Assembly (NCBI GenBank): GCA_002269645.1
Contig: NIVC01000994.1
Span: 164,828 to 228,827, forward strand
DNA length: 64,000 bases
Origin: Macrostomum lignano
Lineage: Eukaryota
Direction of reading: 5' to 3'
Position numbers and translations under genes: made by a program. This document shows positions 1 through 14,300 of this stretch, piece after piece (the stretch's first letter is position 1; every line of letters starts with the position of its first letter). Below the pieces are notes generated by a model. It made no database searches and was not told where the DNA came from. It saw nothing but the letters and a program-made list of their open reading frames with translations.

Positions 1-495
1 ATTCTATATAAGCCAGCGTCTTATATCCTAGTAGCTTTGCTAACAACGCCCTTTACGCTGACGTCTATTGGATCAGCCAATTGCAGGGCGAACGCCCTGC
101 AAAAAATATGCGCCAGCCACTGTTAGCGGGTGATACTCGGGGTAGGGTTTTTTGAGGCTGTGAAATTTTTTCAATCATAAAAGTGATGGGGGAAGCTGTA
201 GAGCAGGATAGGATGTGTACTTTTATGTGACAAGTCAGACAGTGGACTCAGAGGGCCCGGGGGCGACAGAGGTCTGAGAATTCGGGATAAAGGACGACAA
301 GGCGAGGTAAAATTGATTGAGATTTCTAAAAATAGCACGCACAGGTGCCTCCTGTCTGCTCAAAACCAAAGACACGACGGTAGGTCAAGGTAGGCCCCTC
401 TGTGTGACCGTAATCAGTTCATAATTTTCAGTGCAATCGATGTTAAGAGAAAATAGGGAGGGAAAGAGATTTGAACCAAATGCTATCCTACTGAC

Positions 496-597
496 GGGCA
501 TCTGACAGAAGAGCTGCATGCACGGTAGCAGGACTGAGCGCACGAATGCATGGCGTGTTCCTTTCCAGTACGGGCCAACTTTAGTATTCTGATGAGC
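496..597 (-). CDS. Possible isolated internal exon of an unidentified gene
   Basis: Long pyrimidine tract and CAG acceptor near 598, open frame HQNTKVGPYWKGTRHAFVRSVLLPCMQLFCQMP, then a GTCAGT donor. No family recognised. Confidence 0.3.
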
Positions 598-1113
598 TGC
601 CCATGGCGTGACAGAGCAGAGGGGGGAGAGCAGAGCAGGACAAATGAGCAAAGCAAATGGCAAGCATAGGACTGATACAAATCGATCGAACCAGATTAGA
701 GGCTCACTGCTGTCTCAAAATCGATGAGTTCGACCAACCTACAAGTCTTAATGAGGCTCAAGTTCGTTGCTCGAGTGTGCATTAACCAGAGAAACACGAT
801 CTAATTATTTCTGTTTTCTCTATTTTCCGAATCTAAATAAGGTCGATACGGCCCAGTAAATTCAACTGCAGGTCAGCGAATTTGCCGAACGCACCGCTAC
901 AAAGTTAAGCAGAGCTGATCGCGGTTAGTACGCAGCTAAATAGACTGCTTGCGTCGCCTCTCAACTCAAAGCAGCCGCCGTGAGCGAGATGGGCAAATTA
1001 ATTTGAGCTCTGCAGTTTAACTCCGGCAGTGATCAAGTAGCATAGTAAAATATGATAGCAAAATATGATAGTAAAATATGATTGAAATACTTTTTAACTA
1101 TTGCACTTTGATT

Positions 1114-1375
1114 GGGTTTGTAGCCTAGTGGTTAGAGTGTCGGACTCACGACTGAAAGGTCGGGGGTTCGATTCTCAACTCACTCGCAACCATTTGTGTC
1201 CTTGAGCACGACACTTAACTCTGCATTGCTTCAGTTTATTGCTTTAAGAGCCCCCACCCAGTCCTTGGGCTGAACAGCCGTACGCAGCCTTCAGATACGC
1301 CGCGCAATAGCTGCGGCTGAGCTATCGGTTGCACATCTGCCCATTAGGTCAGGTGTAATCAATTATTATTAATTT
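1114..1375 (+). mobile_element. tRNA-derived SINE with CORE/Meta-like central domain
   Basis: A-box TAGCCTAGTGG (1121) and B-box GGTTCGATTC (about 1165), followed by TGTGTCCTTGAGCACGACACTTAAC, which resembles the conserved central domain of CORE-type SINEs. AT-rich tail. Acceptor and T stems do not pair as in a real tRNA. Confidence 0.7.
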
Positions 1376-4011
1376 TTATTACATTAGATTGCAGTTAATC
1401 AAGTGCATTTTGATGGGCAAAATTTTTTTTAAAAGCTTCAATAATTGATGCTTTCATATATACGGGTATCAATATGTACACTTTTTGAAAGCCTAAAAGA
1501 CGGCATAATAATTTAACCTATTAGCAATATAAAGCAGTATAAAAAGTGCAGATATCTCAAGTAGCTAGCCAGATCAATTTGCGAAACATGAGAGATAGCC
1601 AAGAATTTTTTGATAGCTTAGAACTTAGGAATCCATTTCATTACCTTCCCTTTGACGAAATCGATTGATATTGACATCAAAGCAATTTGGTGCACTGCAT
1701 TACAGTAATGACCCAGCCAATAGCTAATTAGCGAATTCAACAAAATCATAGGACGTATCTCTAATAGGCAGCTGAGTTGCCTTCCCTAATAAAGGGTCTA
1801 GGGAAAGCCAACCACAACAGGACATACCCTTCCCTGTAGCTGGGTGTGAATAATATCATCAAAAAATTCTCATAATAGCCTATTTTCAGTTCCAATATAG
1901 TTTACTATATAGCTTTAAATACTGAATTCATTGTTTCAAGTATTAAAAACTATATAAATATGAACTAGGGAGGAGAACACTTAGGTAAAAGTCTATTGCT
2001 ACATGATGTATGTATAAATGAAGATCATAGTAAAAATAAATATCATTAAAATAAAAATTTAGTGACCTAGTTCCTATGAGTTATATAGCTTTCTTAGCTT
2101 ATATACCTTAAAATCCTGAATTTGTTGGTCATATATACTTGTATAATTTTGACAAGTTATGTCTATCTACACGTATCTTTGCAAATAAGCAAGTTATTAG
2201 ACAATTATATTATATGTCTTACTTAAAAACTGCTTTTAATATAATTTATATTATCTCTGTCATAGTTTTATCATATAATATTTACTTGAAATTATATGAG
2301 AAACATATCCTAGGCCTAGGGCTAGGGGTAAAAGACCACTAAAGATATGTAGAGATTGGCCTGGCCTATATGATCAGAAATTGTTTTCCATTGTTTCTGA
2401 TAATATACTTTAGTATAAAGGAAAGGGGAATTAGTACTTACTACTACTAGGTATGAGCAAAATTCCTGAGAATCATATAATATTTGTAAAAAACAACAAA
2501 CAGCTACAAATTTTTAAGCATAGTTAAAAAATAAAAAAACTACAACAAAAAATGAAACTAAATATATGGGCTTGATCAAGAGTACAGACATAGCTAATTG
2601 ACTTTGTAGTTATATATCGATAATATTCTATACAGTACACTAATATTATAGACGTACACCTTGAGTTTTTTCAAATGCCACTAATGATAGTAGCAAAGTA
2701 TTGTAATTTTATTGATTGCTGCATTTAAAAAATCTAATATTGCTGTACAATGCAATGCAACATGCGGGTGAGATTTTGGTTTCAGAATGGAAGCAAACAA
2801 GCATGTGGCGCATCTTTTCATGGAATATCTTACAAGTAAACGCGATAAATAAATTTTACAAGAAGCACTGTAGAGAAACAAAAGTCCACGTACTAATGAC
2901 TAGAAACAAAAAAGTTTTTTTCGAGTTGAAGACAAGTAAGTTAAATATTTCTTGTTTAAGAAAGAGTATGGCTGTATTTTTTATAAAATACTGTGTTGAG
3001 TCCAATAGATTCAATTTGCTCAATCCTTCGATACGTCGCCGGGCTGGGCTGGATCAACTTTGATCAGGCCCCGCGACGTGTAATTCAGAATATTATTGAT
3101 AATTATTCTGTCGTCGAGGTGTACGTGTACATCGGGTAGATCTGGATCAATATTTTACTAAATTTCTAAGCTTTTGAATCTATTCGAAGATTTTAGCTTC
3201 GTTTACAATGCATCAGAAAGCATGAATGAAACTATTTTTATTGACTTTGTTCTAGACATTCTAGACATTATTAGTGGCAGTCGCAATGTGGGCAAATTCT
3301 TTATCTTTTAATTTTTATCTTATCACTTCTTGGACCAGATTTCTCTAGCCTCAAAGCTTTCAATAGCGCGATTTTTTAGGCTCAGTCAAGACTTCTTATG
3401 CCATGGGCTTAAGTATTTGGCTTGTATTTTCATCATTTTTTTAATATTAATATCATAGATTTATGAATCATAGGACATAGCTTCTTTTTAATTGGCAGTA
3501 ACAGTCAGAAAATGCCCTAAATACCATATCCTTTAGTTTGCTATAGCAAATAAGCAGCTTTAGCAAAGCATATATCTCTATTTAACTAAATCTTATTATT
3601 CTAAATCTTATTTGTCTTATCTTATTATCTTAATTAAAACTGCCTAGCAATATTTTTGGTCGATGGGCCATATTTTATCTAATCTTATAGGAGCATGGAA
3701 TTCAAGACTAATCCTAACAGATCATTTTTAAAAAAAACAATTTTTTGCCTTGTTATGCTATGGAATTTTATCACTAACAACTTCATTTTTTAACTTAAAA
3801 ATATTTTTAGTATAATGAACTTAAGTTATTTATTACCTTTTACTTTACTTTTAAACTACAAATACAAATAGATTTATAGTTTAATTTTTTAATTAAACAA
3901 TACACACATACAGGATAATATAACTATATTCTCAAATAGTTAAAAAATATACTTGTGTAGCCTTAATTAATTGGTAATTTATCAATAATTTTCAGTAAAT
4001 CAACAGAGGAC

Positions 4012-5128
<1,117 letters not shown>

Positions 5129-5909
5129 TTTAATTAGAACTCGGCTTGATTGATTCCCATGACAACTAATTCGAATAGTTTACAATGATTAAAAATATTA
5201 ATCAATGCAGTTCCATAGTTTCAAAACCGTGCTAAATATTTGTTATTATCCTGCAATCCCACTCGCTTTTAATTCTTTGCGAGACAATTTATTCTATTCC
5301 AATTTCGTGAGTTAGATTTGGCTGAAAGTTTTAGACGTTATTTATTGTCCCTCAATGTTTTTATATAAAGCCTATTTTCGATTGGCAAAGTTGATTATTG
5401 GAATTTTGAAACCGAGAAGATATATTTTTTGGCTTATTGCAATTTTTACGTTTTAGCTAAGCCTTTGTGATGCATTCATGGACTACTAAAGTAGGACGGG
5501 AGGCAGTTTTTACCGAAAAATATATTACGGAGTAAGGAATTTCTCATTATTTATTTTTTCTTAGCTGATTGCAACAAAATGTGTAACTGAATGATAAAAA
5601 AGATTCATAAAAATTATGAGTATAGCTGGGCCACCTTTATTGGTTAGAAATTACATTGAAAATACAATTCACATTAGAATCCTAATTTTCTAAACGAAAA
5701 GCTCTATGAATATCAATAGAGCTATGAGAAAGGCAATGCATATCAAAAGATAAACATTGGGTCTGCCTCCTATCAAAAGCAATAACAATTTTTGTGCTGA
5801 AAAATGAATTTCTTCATTCTTCATAATGTATTTTTCGGTAAAAGCTACCTCCTAAATAATTCTAAGAAAAGTAGTTTACCGCACTACTTGAGTAGTCATT
5901 GGAAGCAAC

Positions 5910-7304
5910 CACTGATGCAATCATGAGCTGTTGCTACTGCATAATCAAATCACTGATGCAATCATGAGCTGTTGCTACTGCATAATCAAATCACTGATGC
6001 AATCATGAGCTGTTGCTACTGCATAATCAAATCACTGATGCAATCATGAGCTGTTGCTACTGCAGAATAAAATCACTGATGCAATCATGAGCTGTCGCTA
6101 CTGCAGAATAAAATCACTGATGCAATCATGAGCTGTTGCTACTGCAGAATAAAATCACTGATGCAATCATGAGCTGTTGCTACTGTAGAATAAAATCACT
6201 GATGCAATCATGAGCTGTTGCTACTGCAGAATAAAATCACTGATGCAACCATGAGTTGTTGATACTGCAGAATAAAATCACTGATGCAACCATGAGCTAT
6301 TGCTACTGCAGAATAAAATCACTGATGCAATCATGAGCTATTGCTACTGTAGAATAAAATCACTGATGCAACCATGAGCTATTGCTACTGCAGAATAAAA
6401 TCACTGATGCAATCATGAGCTGTTGCTACTGCAGAATAAAATCACTGATGCAATCATGAGCTGTTGCTACTGCAGAATAAAATCACTGATGCAATCATGA
6501 GCTGTTGCTACTGCAGAATAAAATCACTGATGCAACCATGAGCTGTTGCTACTGTAGAATAAAAACACCGATGCAATCATGAGCTGTTGCTACTGCAGAA
6601 TAAAATCACTGATGCAATCATGAGCTGTTGCTACTGCAGAATAAAATCACTGATGCAATCATGAGCTGTTGCTACTGCAGAATAAAATCACTGATGCAAT
6701 CATGAGCTGTTGCTACTGCAGAATAAAATCACTGATGCAATCATGAGCTGTTGCTACTGTAGAATAAAATCACTGATGCAACCATGAGCTGTTGCTACTG
6801 TAGAATAAAAACACCGATGCAATCATGAGCTGTTGCTACTGCAGAATAAAATCACTGATGCAATCATGAGCTGTTGCTACTGCAGAATAAAATCACTGAT
6901 GCAATCATGAGCTGTTGCTACTGCAGAATAAAATCACTGATGCAATCATGAGCTGTTGCTACTGCAGAATAAAATCACTGATGCAATCATGAGCTGTTGC
7001 TACTGCAGAATAAAATCACTGATGCAATCATGAGCTGTTGCTACTGTAGAATAAAATCACTGATGCAACCATGAGCTGTTGCTACTGTAGAATAAAAACA
7101 CCGATGCAATCATGAGCTATTGCTACTGCAGAATAAAATCACTGATGCAACCATGAGCTATTGCTACTGTAGAATAAAATCACTGATGCAACCATGAGCT
7201 ATTGCTACTGCAGAATAAAATCACTGATGCAATCATGAGCTGTTGATACTGCAGAATAAAATCACTGATGCAATCATGAGCTGTTGCTACTGCAGAATAA
7301 AATC
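5910..7304. repeat. 41-bp tandem array, about 34 copies
   Basis: Unit CACTGATGCAATCATGAGCTGTTGCTACTGCAGAATAAAAT; period checked at 5951 and 5992; no spacers. Confidence 0.95.
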
Positions 7305-7422
7305 AATGATAATATCATACTTTTACGTTAATTTCTAAGCACTGTACATGCGCATCACTCTACTTTTTAGTAGCAAGAATGGCGAATGCTGATAAAATTG
7401 AAACGGGCAAAGTGATCGATAA

Positions 7423-9723
7423 CACCGTGTAACAAAAATAAATAAAAATCTTGTCTTTCATTGAAAAATTGCTTTTTCTTAGTCTAGGTCAACTACTGAA
7501 CCCAATTTAATTGCTGATTGCTTACAAACTTTGGGTTGGCAAGCCTGACTTCAGTTATTTGAGATTATGTGTTTTGTAAATGCTAAAAGCTATGTTTTTT
7601 CCTATTGATTTTCTTTTTTCATTCACTGAATACTTTTTTCAACAGTAGATGCTCTAGAGTGCATGTTAAGTCATATATTGGTATGCCTGTGTGTTAATTT
7701 GTTCATTTGCTAACAACGTGGTACATGTATGCTACTCATTGCAGCCATTCATTTCAAAACGAATCGTTCAACGTTATTGTTGCTGACACCATGGCTTCAA
7801 GGGGATGTAAGTACGGAGCGGACAGCTTCTGCTACGTGTGTGGCGAATTCTTTGCCAAGTCAGCAAAGAAACACAAGCTGGATGGGCGTGCTATGGCAAA
7901 ACAAGCGTACTTTGGTATGCCAGTAGGTGACCAAAACAAGCCCTGGGCTCCGCATGTGATCTGCGAGTACTGCTGCCGCACACTTGAAGGCTGGTACAGA
8001 GGGGAAAAGCAAGCAATGCCCTTCGCTATTCCTAGAGTGTGGCGAGAGCCAACAGATCACCTAAATGACTGCTTCTTCTGCATGGTAGACCCAACCAAGA
8101 GGCGCAAGGGGAAGAATGCAACCCCAATCAGTTACCCTGACATTCCGTCGTCAATGGCACCTGTTCCTCACAATGCCAGCCACCTGCCTGTACCTCAGCC
8201 TCCCCAGGCGGCATCTACAGAAGATGTCTACTCAGATAAGTCTGAAGAAGAGGTTGCTCCATCATCAGGCTGCAAAAGATGCTGGACTCACACTGTCACG
8301 AGATCTCCATACTATCCAAAGCAACAGGACATTAACGACCTTGTCCGAGATCTCTCTTTGACCAAGTCCAATGCGGAGTTGCTCATCTCGCGCCTGAAGC
8401 AGTGGGATCTGCTTGATGACAGTGTTCGCGTTACTTTTCAGCGAGAGCGACATCGGAAATTCTCAGCTTTTTTTACGCTTGAGGACAGATTCTGCTACTG
8501 TCATGATGTCAAAGGTCTCTTTGAAGCTATGAAAGTTCCTTGCATCACTGACCAATGGCGTCTATTCATTGACAGTTCCTGCAGAAGTCTAAAGGTTGTG
8601 CTGCTCCACAACACCAACCGGCTGCCGTCCATTCCTCTGGCTCACTCGGTGCAGATGAAGGAAGAGCACTTTAATCTAAAGGTACTATTGGATGCTCTGA
8701 AGTACAGTCGGTTCAACTGGGATATCATCGGTGACTTTAAAATGATTGGCCTGTTGATGGGACTTCAAGGTGGCTTTACCAAGTACCCATGCTACATCTG
8801 CCTCTGGGACAGCCGAGATACGAGCAACCACTACCGCAAGCGCAACTGGCCGCTGAGATCGGAGTATTTAGTTGGCTCACACAACGTCAAGTACGATCCA
8901 CTAATCGATCCAGCAAAAGTGCTTATGCCACCATTGCACATGAAGCTCGGACTGATCAAGCAGTTTGTGAAGCAGTTGGATCAGACAGGCTCAGCTTTTG
9001 AGTACTTACAACACTTGTTTCCAAGGCTTTCGGAGGCAAAGGTCAAGGCTGGAGTTTTTGTTGGGCCGCAAGTGAAGCAACTGATTGATTCGGATGACTT
9101 TCCAAGCAAGCTCTCTAGAACTGAGCGAACTGCATGGAGAAGCTTCGTCGCAGTTGTGCAGGGCTTCCTTGGTAACCACAAGGCATCCAACTATAAGAAG
9201 CTCATTGAGGACCTGATTGAGTCGTACAGAAGAATGGGCTGTCGCATGTCACTAAAGCTACATATGCTTCATTCTCATTTGGACGTCTTTTGCCGCAACA
9301 TGGGTGACTACTCAGAAGAACAAGGAGAACGATTCCATCAGGACATCAAGGACTTTGAGGAGAGGTACAAAGGCCAGTACAATGAGAGTATGATGGGCGA
9401 CTACGTGTGGAGCCTTCTGCGTGAAAGTGACCTGACCTACAACTGCAAAGCTCGCAAAAACATTGCTTTCTGATTGCCTTTTTCCTATGATTACAACAAG
9501 GAAAACATTTCTGATAAATCTGCTGATGTATGAAGCCTAATAGTAAAATCTGTTTAGGTTAATATAATAATATTTATTTAATATTTATATAATATCACTA
9601 AGCTGAAGTATTATGTTTAAAACCGAAGTCTGGGATAAAAAAATACTTTTTTTACTTTATATTGGCATGACAAATAGGAAAAAAAACATTTTAGCCTAAA
9701 GACAAGTATAGTGTTACACAGTG
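7423..9723 (+). mobile_element. Full-length Chapaev3-like (CMC superfamily) DNA transposon
   Basis: Termini CACCGTGTAACA / TGTTACACAGTG (12-bp TIR, 1 mismatch), 3-bp TSD TAA at 7420-7422 and 9724-9726, shared subterminal CTTGTCTTT motif, one long internal ORF. Confidence 0.85.
7791..9473 (+). CDS. Chapaev-type transposase, 560 aa, uninterrupted
   Basis: N-terminal Cys-rich zinc finger (CYVCGE...GDQNKPWAPHVICEYC), core WRLFIDSS, IIGDFK, C-terminal SEEQGERFHQDI...RYKG...MMGDYVW. Family recognised from memory. Confidence 0.85.
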   Translation: MASRGCKYGADSFCYVCGEFFAKSAKKHKLDGRAMAKQAYFGMPVGDQNKPWAPHVICEYCCRTLEGWYRGEKQAMPFAIPRVWREPTDHLNDCFFCMVDPTKRRKGKNATPISYPDIPSSMAPVPHNASHLPVPQPPQAASTEDVYSDKSEEEVAPSSGCKRCWTHTVTRSPYYPKQQDINDLVRDLSLTKSNAELLISRLKQWDLLDDSVRVTFQRERHRKFSAFFTLEDRFCYCHDVKGLFEAMKVPCITDQWRLFIDSSCRSLKVVLLHNTNRLPSIPLAHSVQMKEEHFNLKVLLDALKYSRFNWDIIGDFKMIGLLMGLQGGFTKYPCYICLWDSRDTSNHYRKRNWPLRSEYLVGSHNVKYDPLIDPAKVLMPPLHMKLGLIKQFVKQLDQTGSAFEYLQHLFPRLSEAKVKAGVFVGPQVKQLIDSDDFPSKLSRTERTAWRSFVAVVQGFLGNHKASNYKKLIEDLIESYRRMGCRMSLKLHMLHSHLDVFCRNMGDYSEEQGERFHQDIKDFEERYKGQYNESMMGDYVWSLLRESDLTYNCKARKNIAF

Positions 9724-10407
9724 TAATAAAAATAATAATTGAGAAGCCTTTCCATACTCTTGTCGGAGAGAATTGATTTCAACAAAATTCAATTGAAATT
9801 GACTAGCAACCAGCGCTGTGTGCATGCAATAAATCTATAATGTTATGGAGGCGATTGATGAGCCCGCTCATTCTCATTACCCTTGAGAGCTTAGAAGCCC
9901 TTCCTCCGCGCCTCACCTCCACTAGCTACCGGTATAAGTGCATTTCTACAGTTCTGATTCTGCTGCAAGCTCATTATAGACTGGGTTTTCTCTCATTTTT
10001 AGCAAGCAATATGCGGCACACACTTTCCTTCCACTCTCTCTGTCACTCCCGCCTTCACTGAGTACTGGAGGCCCAGCGTCTGTAAGCTATTCATACATAT
10101 CTCATTGTCGCACATCTGCAGGCGCTGTTAGCAACAAAATAGAGTAGCTTTTAAGCCAGGCCCTTTCAAAAAGGGCTATGTAGCCCTGTTCGTGTCTAAA
10201 ATATAAGCTTATAGTTTAAAAGCAAATAAATTTCTGTGGCTATACATAGCGTGCTTAGCGCGCTCCTATGGACAGCAATGGAGACGAGTTTGGGTGAGGC
10301 CTACAAGTATTTTATTTCCATGTGAATCGAAATGTACATGTATAATTTAATTGATTATATAGACTCGATATCAGACTAGAGTCGCCACATGGAATTCGAG
10401 ATCTTTT

Positions 10408-11273
10408 CTGTGGAAACTGTAGAACCAGTGTTGGAAACTGTGGAATCAGAGTTGGAAACTGTGGAATCAGAGTTGGAAACTGTGGAACCAGTGTTGGAAA
10501 CTGTGGAATCAGAGTTGGAAACTGTGGAATCAGAGTTGGAAACTGTGGAATCAGAGTTGGAAACTGTGGAATCAGAGTTGGAAACTGTGGAATCAGTGTT
10601 GGAAACTGTGGAATCAGAGTTGGAAACTGTGGAATCAGTGCTGGGAACTGTGGAATCAGTGCTGGGAACTGTGGAATCAGTGCTGGAAACTGTGGAATCA
10701 GTGCTGGGAACTGTGGAATCAGGGCTGGAAACTGTGGAACCAGTGTTGGAAACTGTGGAACCAGTGTTGGAAACTGTGGAATCAGAGTTGGAAACTGTGG
10801 AACCAGTGTTGGAAACTGTGGAATCAGAGTTGGAAACTGTGGAATCAGTGCTGGGAACTGTGGAATCAGTGTTGGAAACTGTGGAATCAGAGTTGGAAAC
10901 TGTGGAATCAGAGTTGGCAACTGTGGAATCAGAGTTGGAAACTGTGGAATCAGTGTTGGAAACTGTGGAATCAGAGTTGGAAACTGTGGAATCAGTGTTG
11001 GAAACTGTGGAATCAGTGTTGGAAACTGTGGAATCAGTGTTGGAAACTGTGGAATCAGAGTTGGAAACTGTGGAATCAGTGTTGGAAACTGTGGAATCAG
11101 TGTTGGAAAGTGTGGAACCAGTGTTGGAAACTGTGGAATCAGTGTTGGAAACTGTGGAATCAGTGTTGGAAACTGTGGAATCAGAGTTGGAAAGTGTGGA
11201 ACCAGTGTTGGAAACTGTGGAATCAGAGTTGGAAAGTGTGGAACCAGTGTTGGAAAATGTGGAATCAGAGTTG
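10408..11273. repeat. 21-bp tandem array (about 41 copies), intronic or encoding acidic heptads
   Basis: Unit GGAAACTGTGGAATCAG(A/T)GTT; open in several frames; reads (V/E)LETVES from ATG 10389. Confidence 0.95.
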
Positions 11274-11322
11274 GTAAATCCCACTGGCCCCAAAAACCGC
11301 GCCCGCCCCGCCATGTCTGCAG

Positions 11323-14300
11323 CATCTCTGAGCCATCCCGCCTGCGGCTGCCCGGCCGGCGCGGCGCCACCTCAGATTGCGAGCTGCCTCTGGCCGGCGG
11401 TGGCCACCTCTCCGTTCCATCCGGCGCGCTCAGCAGCGTCGGCGCCAACGGACGGCGTGCTCGATCGTCGCAAAGCGGCGCTAAAAACAACCGACAGCAG
11501 CCGGCGTCGGCGCGGCGTCAGCGGTCTGCGGCAGCAACGCCACGGCAGCGTCGGGTCTCCGCCAGAGCCGACGGGCCGCTGATCACCGCTTGGCCGGTTG
11601 ACGGCGCCGGCCTGCCCGACTGCTCGCCGCTGCTGGAGCCGCTCGAGGCGCTCGCTTCGCCGATCTACAGGCTGCGGCTGTCCGGCGGCTGCCCCGACGG
11701 AGCAATCAACTCTGACATCGCCGCTGCTGCAACCGCCGTTGCAGGCGAGTCAGATTTGACGCCACCGAAGCCGGTACCGCTGCTGAGGCTGCCGCTGACG
11801 CCGCCGATTCGTCCGGATTCCGCCTGGCCGACCCTGCTGCGATTGCTGCACCGGCCGGAGCCGCCGCCGCCGCCGCCGCCGCCTCCGCCCCCGCCACCGA
11901 CAGAGAACGGGGACTCGGATGCGGGGGCTGCGCCAACAACTCCGCAGGTGCAACAACAACACCAACAGCCGGTGACACCGCGAGCACCGCCCAGGATGCA
12001 GTGGCGAGAGCTGATCAAAGTGTCCGAGGTGAGAGGAAGGAGTTTGAAAGTCTGTTTTTAGGGAGAGAGTGCAGCTGTTCTTAGAGCGGGAGTGCTGTCC
12101 TTGGGGAGGGAGTGCTGTCCTTAGGGAGGGAGTGCTGTCCTTAGGGAGGGAGTGCTGTCCTTAGGAAAGAGTGCTGTCCTTAGGGAGCGAGCGCTGTCCT
12201 TAGGGAGGGAGTGCTGTCCTTAGAGAGGGAATGCTGTCCTTAGGAAAGAGTGCTGTCCTTAGGGAGGGAGTGCTGTCCTTGGGGAGGGAGTGCTGTCCTT
12301 AGGGAGGGAGTGCTGTCCTTAGGGAGGGAGTGCTGTCCTTAGGGAGGGAGTGCTGTCCTTAGGGAGCGAGCGCTGTCCTTAGGGAGGGAGTGCTGTCCTT
12401 AGAGAGGGAATGCTGTCCTTAGGAAAGAGTGCTGTCCTTAGGAAAGAGTGCTGTCCTTAGGGAGGGAGTGCTGTCCTTAGGGAGGGAGTGCTGTCCTTAG
12501 GGAGGGAGTGCTGTCCTTAGGGAGGGAGTGCTGTCCTTAGGGAGGGAGTGCTGTCCTTAGGGAGGGAGTGCTGTCCTTAGGGAGGGAGTGCTGTTCTTAG
12601 GGAGGGAGTGCTGTCCTTAGGGAGCGAGCGCTGTCCTTAGGGAGGGAGTGCTGTCCTTAGGGAGGGAGTGCTGTCCTTAGGGAGGGAGTGCTGTCCTTAG
12701 GGAGGGAGTGCTGTTCTTAGGGAGGGAGTGCTGTCCTTAGGGAGCGAGCGCTGTCCTTAGGGAGGGAGTGCTGTCCTTAGGGAGGGAGTGCTGTCCTTAG
12801 GGAGGGAGTGCTGTCCTTAGGGAGCGAGTGCTGTCCTTAGGGAGCGAGCGCTGTCCTTAGGGAGGGAGTGCTGTCCTTAGGGACGCAGTTCTACGGGCGC
12901 ACTTTCAAATGCATTCGAGCCTCTCGTAGCAACAGCCGGGCGTGTTAATTTGCACACAATTTCCATCTGCACGTGGCTGCCCGAAGAACGCGAGAAGCGT
13001 CACCTGTCGGGCGGTGAGCTCCGGCGTCTACCTGCTGACCCAGCGGCCCCAGACTGAATCGTTCCTTGTGTCCTCGCGCGGCGGCCTTCACCGAGTCCGG
13101 ATGTGTCCGCGCGTGTCCGTCCGCGTGCCGAGGGGCAGCTGCACCGGCGCTGCGGACTGCTGCTTAACGGTGAGAACACCCGGGGTTCGACTCCGTGCGC
13201 TTCCACACAAAGTTGATTATCGTGCACGAAAATTTTCCTGTGGCTTGTCGTGCGATTCACGGCCAAGGCCAAACCCCAAAGGTACAGAGAGTGTACATGC
13301 TTGACGATGGGAGAGTCAGGGGCCGCTGTACACCGCTGACTGCTTGCCTTCTCGCTGGCAACGAGTAACATGTGGCTGTAGCTGTGCGGCTGTGGCTGTG
13401 GGGGCTGTGGGGGCTGTGTGGCTGTGGGGGCTGTGTGGCTGTGGCTGTGGCTTTGGTGGCTGTGCGGCTGTGGCTGTGGCTGTGGCTGTGGCTGTGGCTG
13501 TGGTGGCTGTGCGGCTGTGGCTGTGGTGGCTGTGCGGCTGTGGCTGTGGCTGTGGCTGTAGCTGTGGCTGTGGGGGCTGTGGGGGCTGTGTGGCTGTGGC
13601 TGTGGCTGTGGCTGTTGGGCTGCGGCTGTGGCTGTTGGGCTGTATGGCTGTGGCTGTATGGCTATGGCTATGGCTATGGCTGTAGCTGTGGCTGTGGCTG
13701 TGGGGCTGTCTGTCTGTGGCAGTCTGGCTGTGGCTGTGGCTGTGGGGCTGTGTGGCTGTGGGGCTGTGTGGCTGTGGCTGTGGCTGTGGTGGCTGTGCGG
13801 CTGTGGCTGTGGTGGCTGTGCGGCTGTGGCTGTGGCTGTAGCTGTGGCTGTGGGGGCTGTGGGGGCTGTGTGGCTGTGGCTGTGGCTGTTGGGCTGTGGC
13901 TGTGGCTGTTGGGCTGTGGCTGTATGGCTGTGGCTATGGCTGTGGGGCTGTGTGGCTGTGGGGCTGTGTGGCTGTGGGGCTGTGTGGCTGTGGGGCTGTG
14001 TGGCTGTGGCTGTGTGGCTGTGGCTGTGTGCGGCTCAATATAGAGCAGCAGAAGACCGTAGTATCAAATTACGTGTATTATAACTCCGAATCAAAGTAAA
14101 GCTGCTGATTAAACCAATCGATAAATTGTTGGACCGTGAACTAGAAACTCTGAGACCTCCCTATCCAGGTCACTTCGAGATGCAGTGATCCAGGTTCAAC
14201 CGCTCGAGCTTTATAAACTCTTGAGCGCATCTGTACACCCCCGCAGATCCTGCCTTTCCCGACCAGCCTCCCAGCCTCCGCTACCGCTGAGCTACTCGCC

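Noticed and set aside
1114-1192. Functional tRNA gene
   Set aside because: A and B boxes are present, but the acceptor and T stems do not pair and it continues into a SINE-like body.
5910-7304. CRISPR-like array
   Set aside because: Head-to-tail units with no unique spacers, no cas genes and a eukaryotic context.
13344-14099. Cys/Gly-rich keratin-associated or metallothionein-like ORFs
   Set aside because: All frames are translations of an intronic GTGGCT microsatellite.
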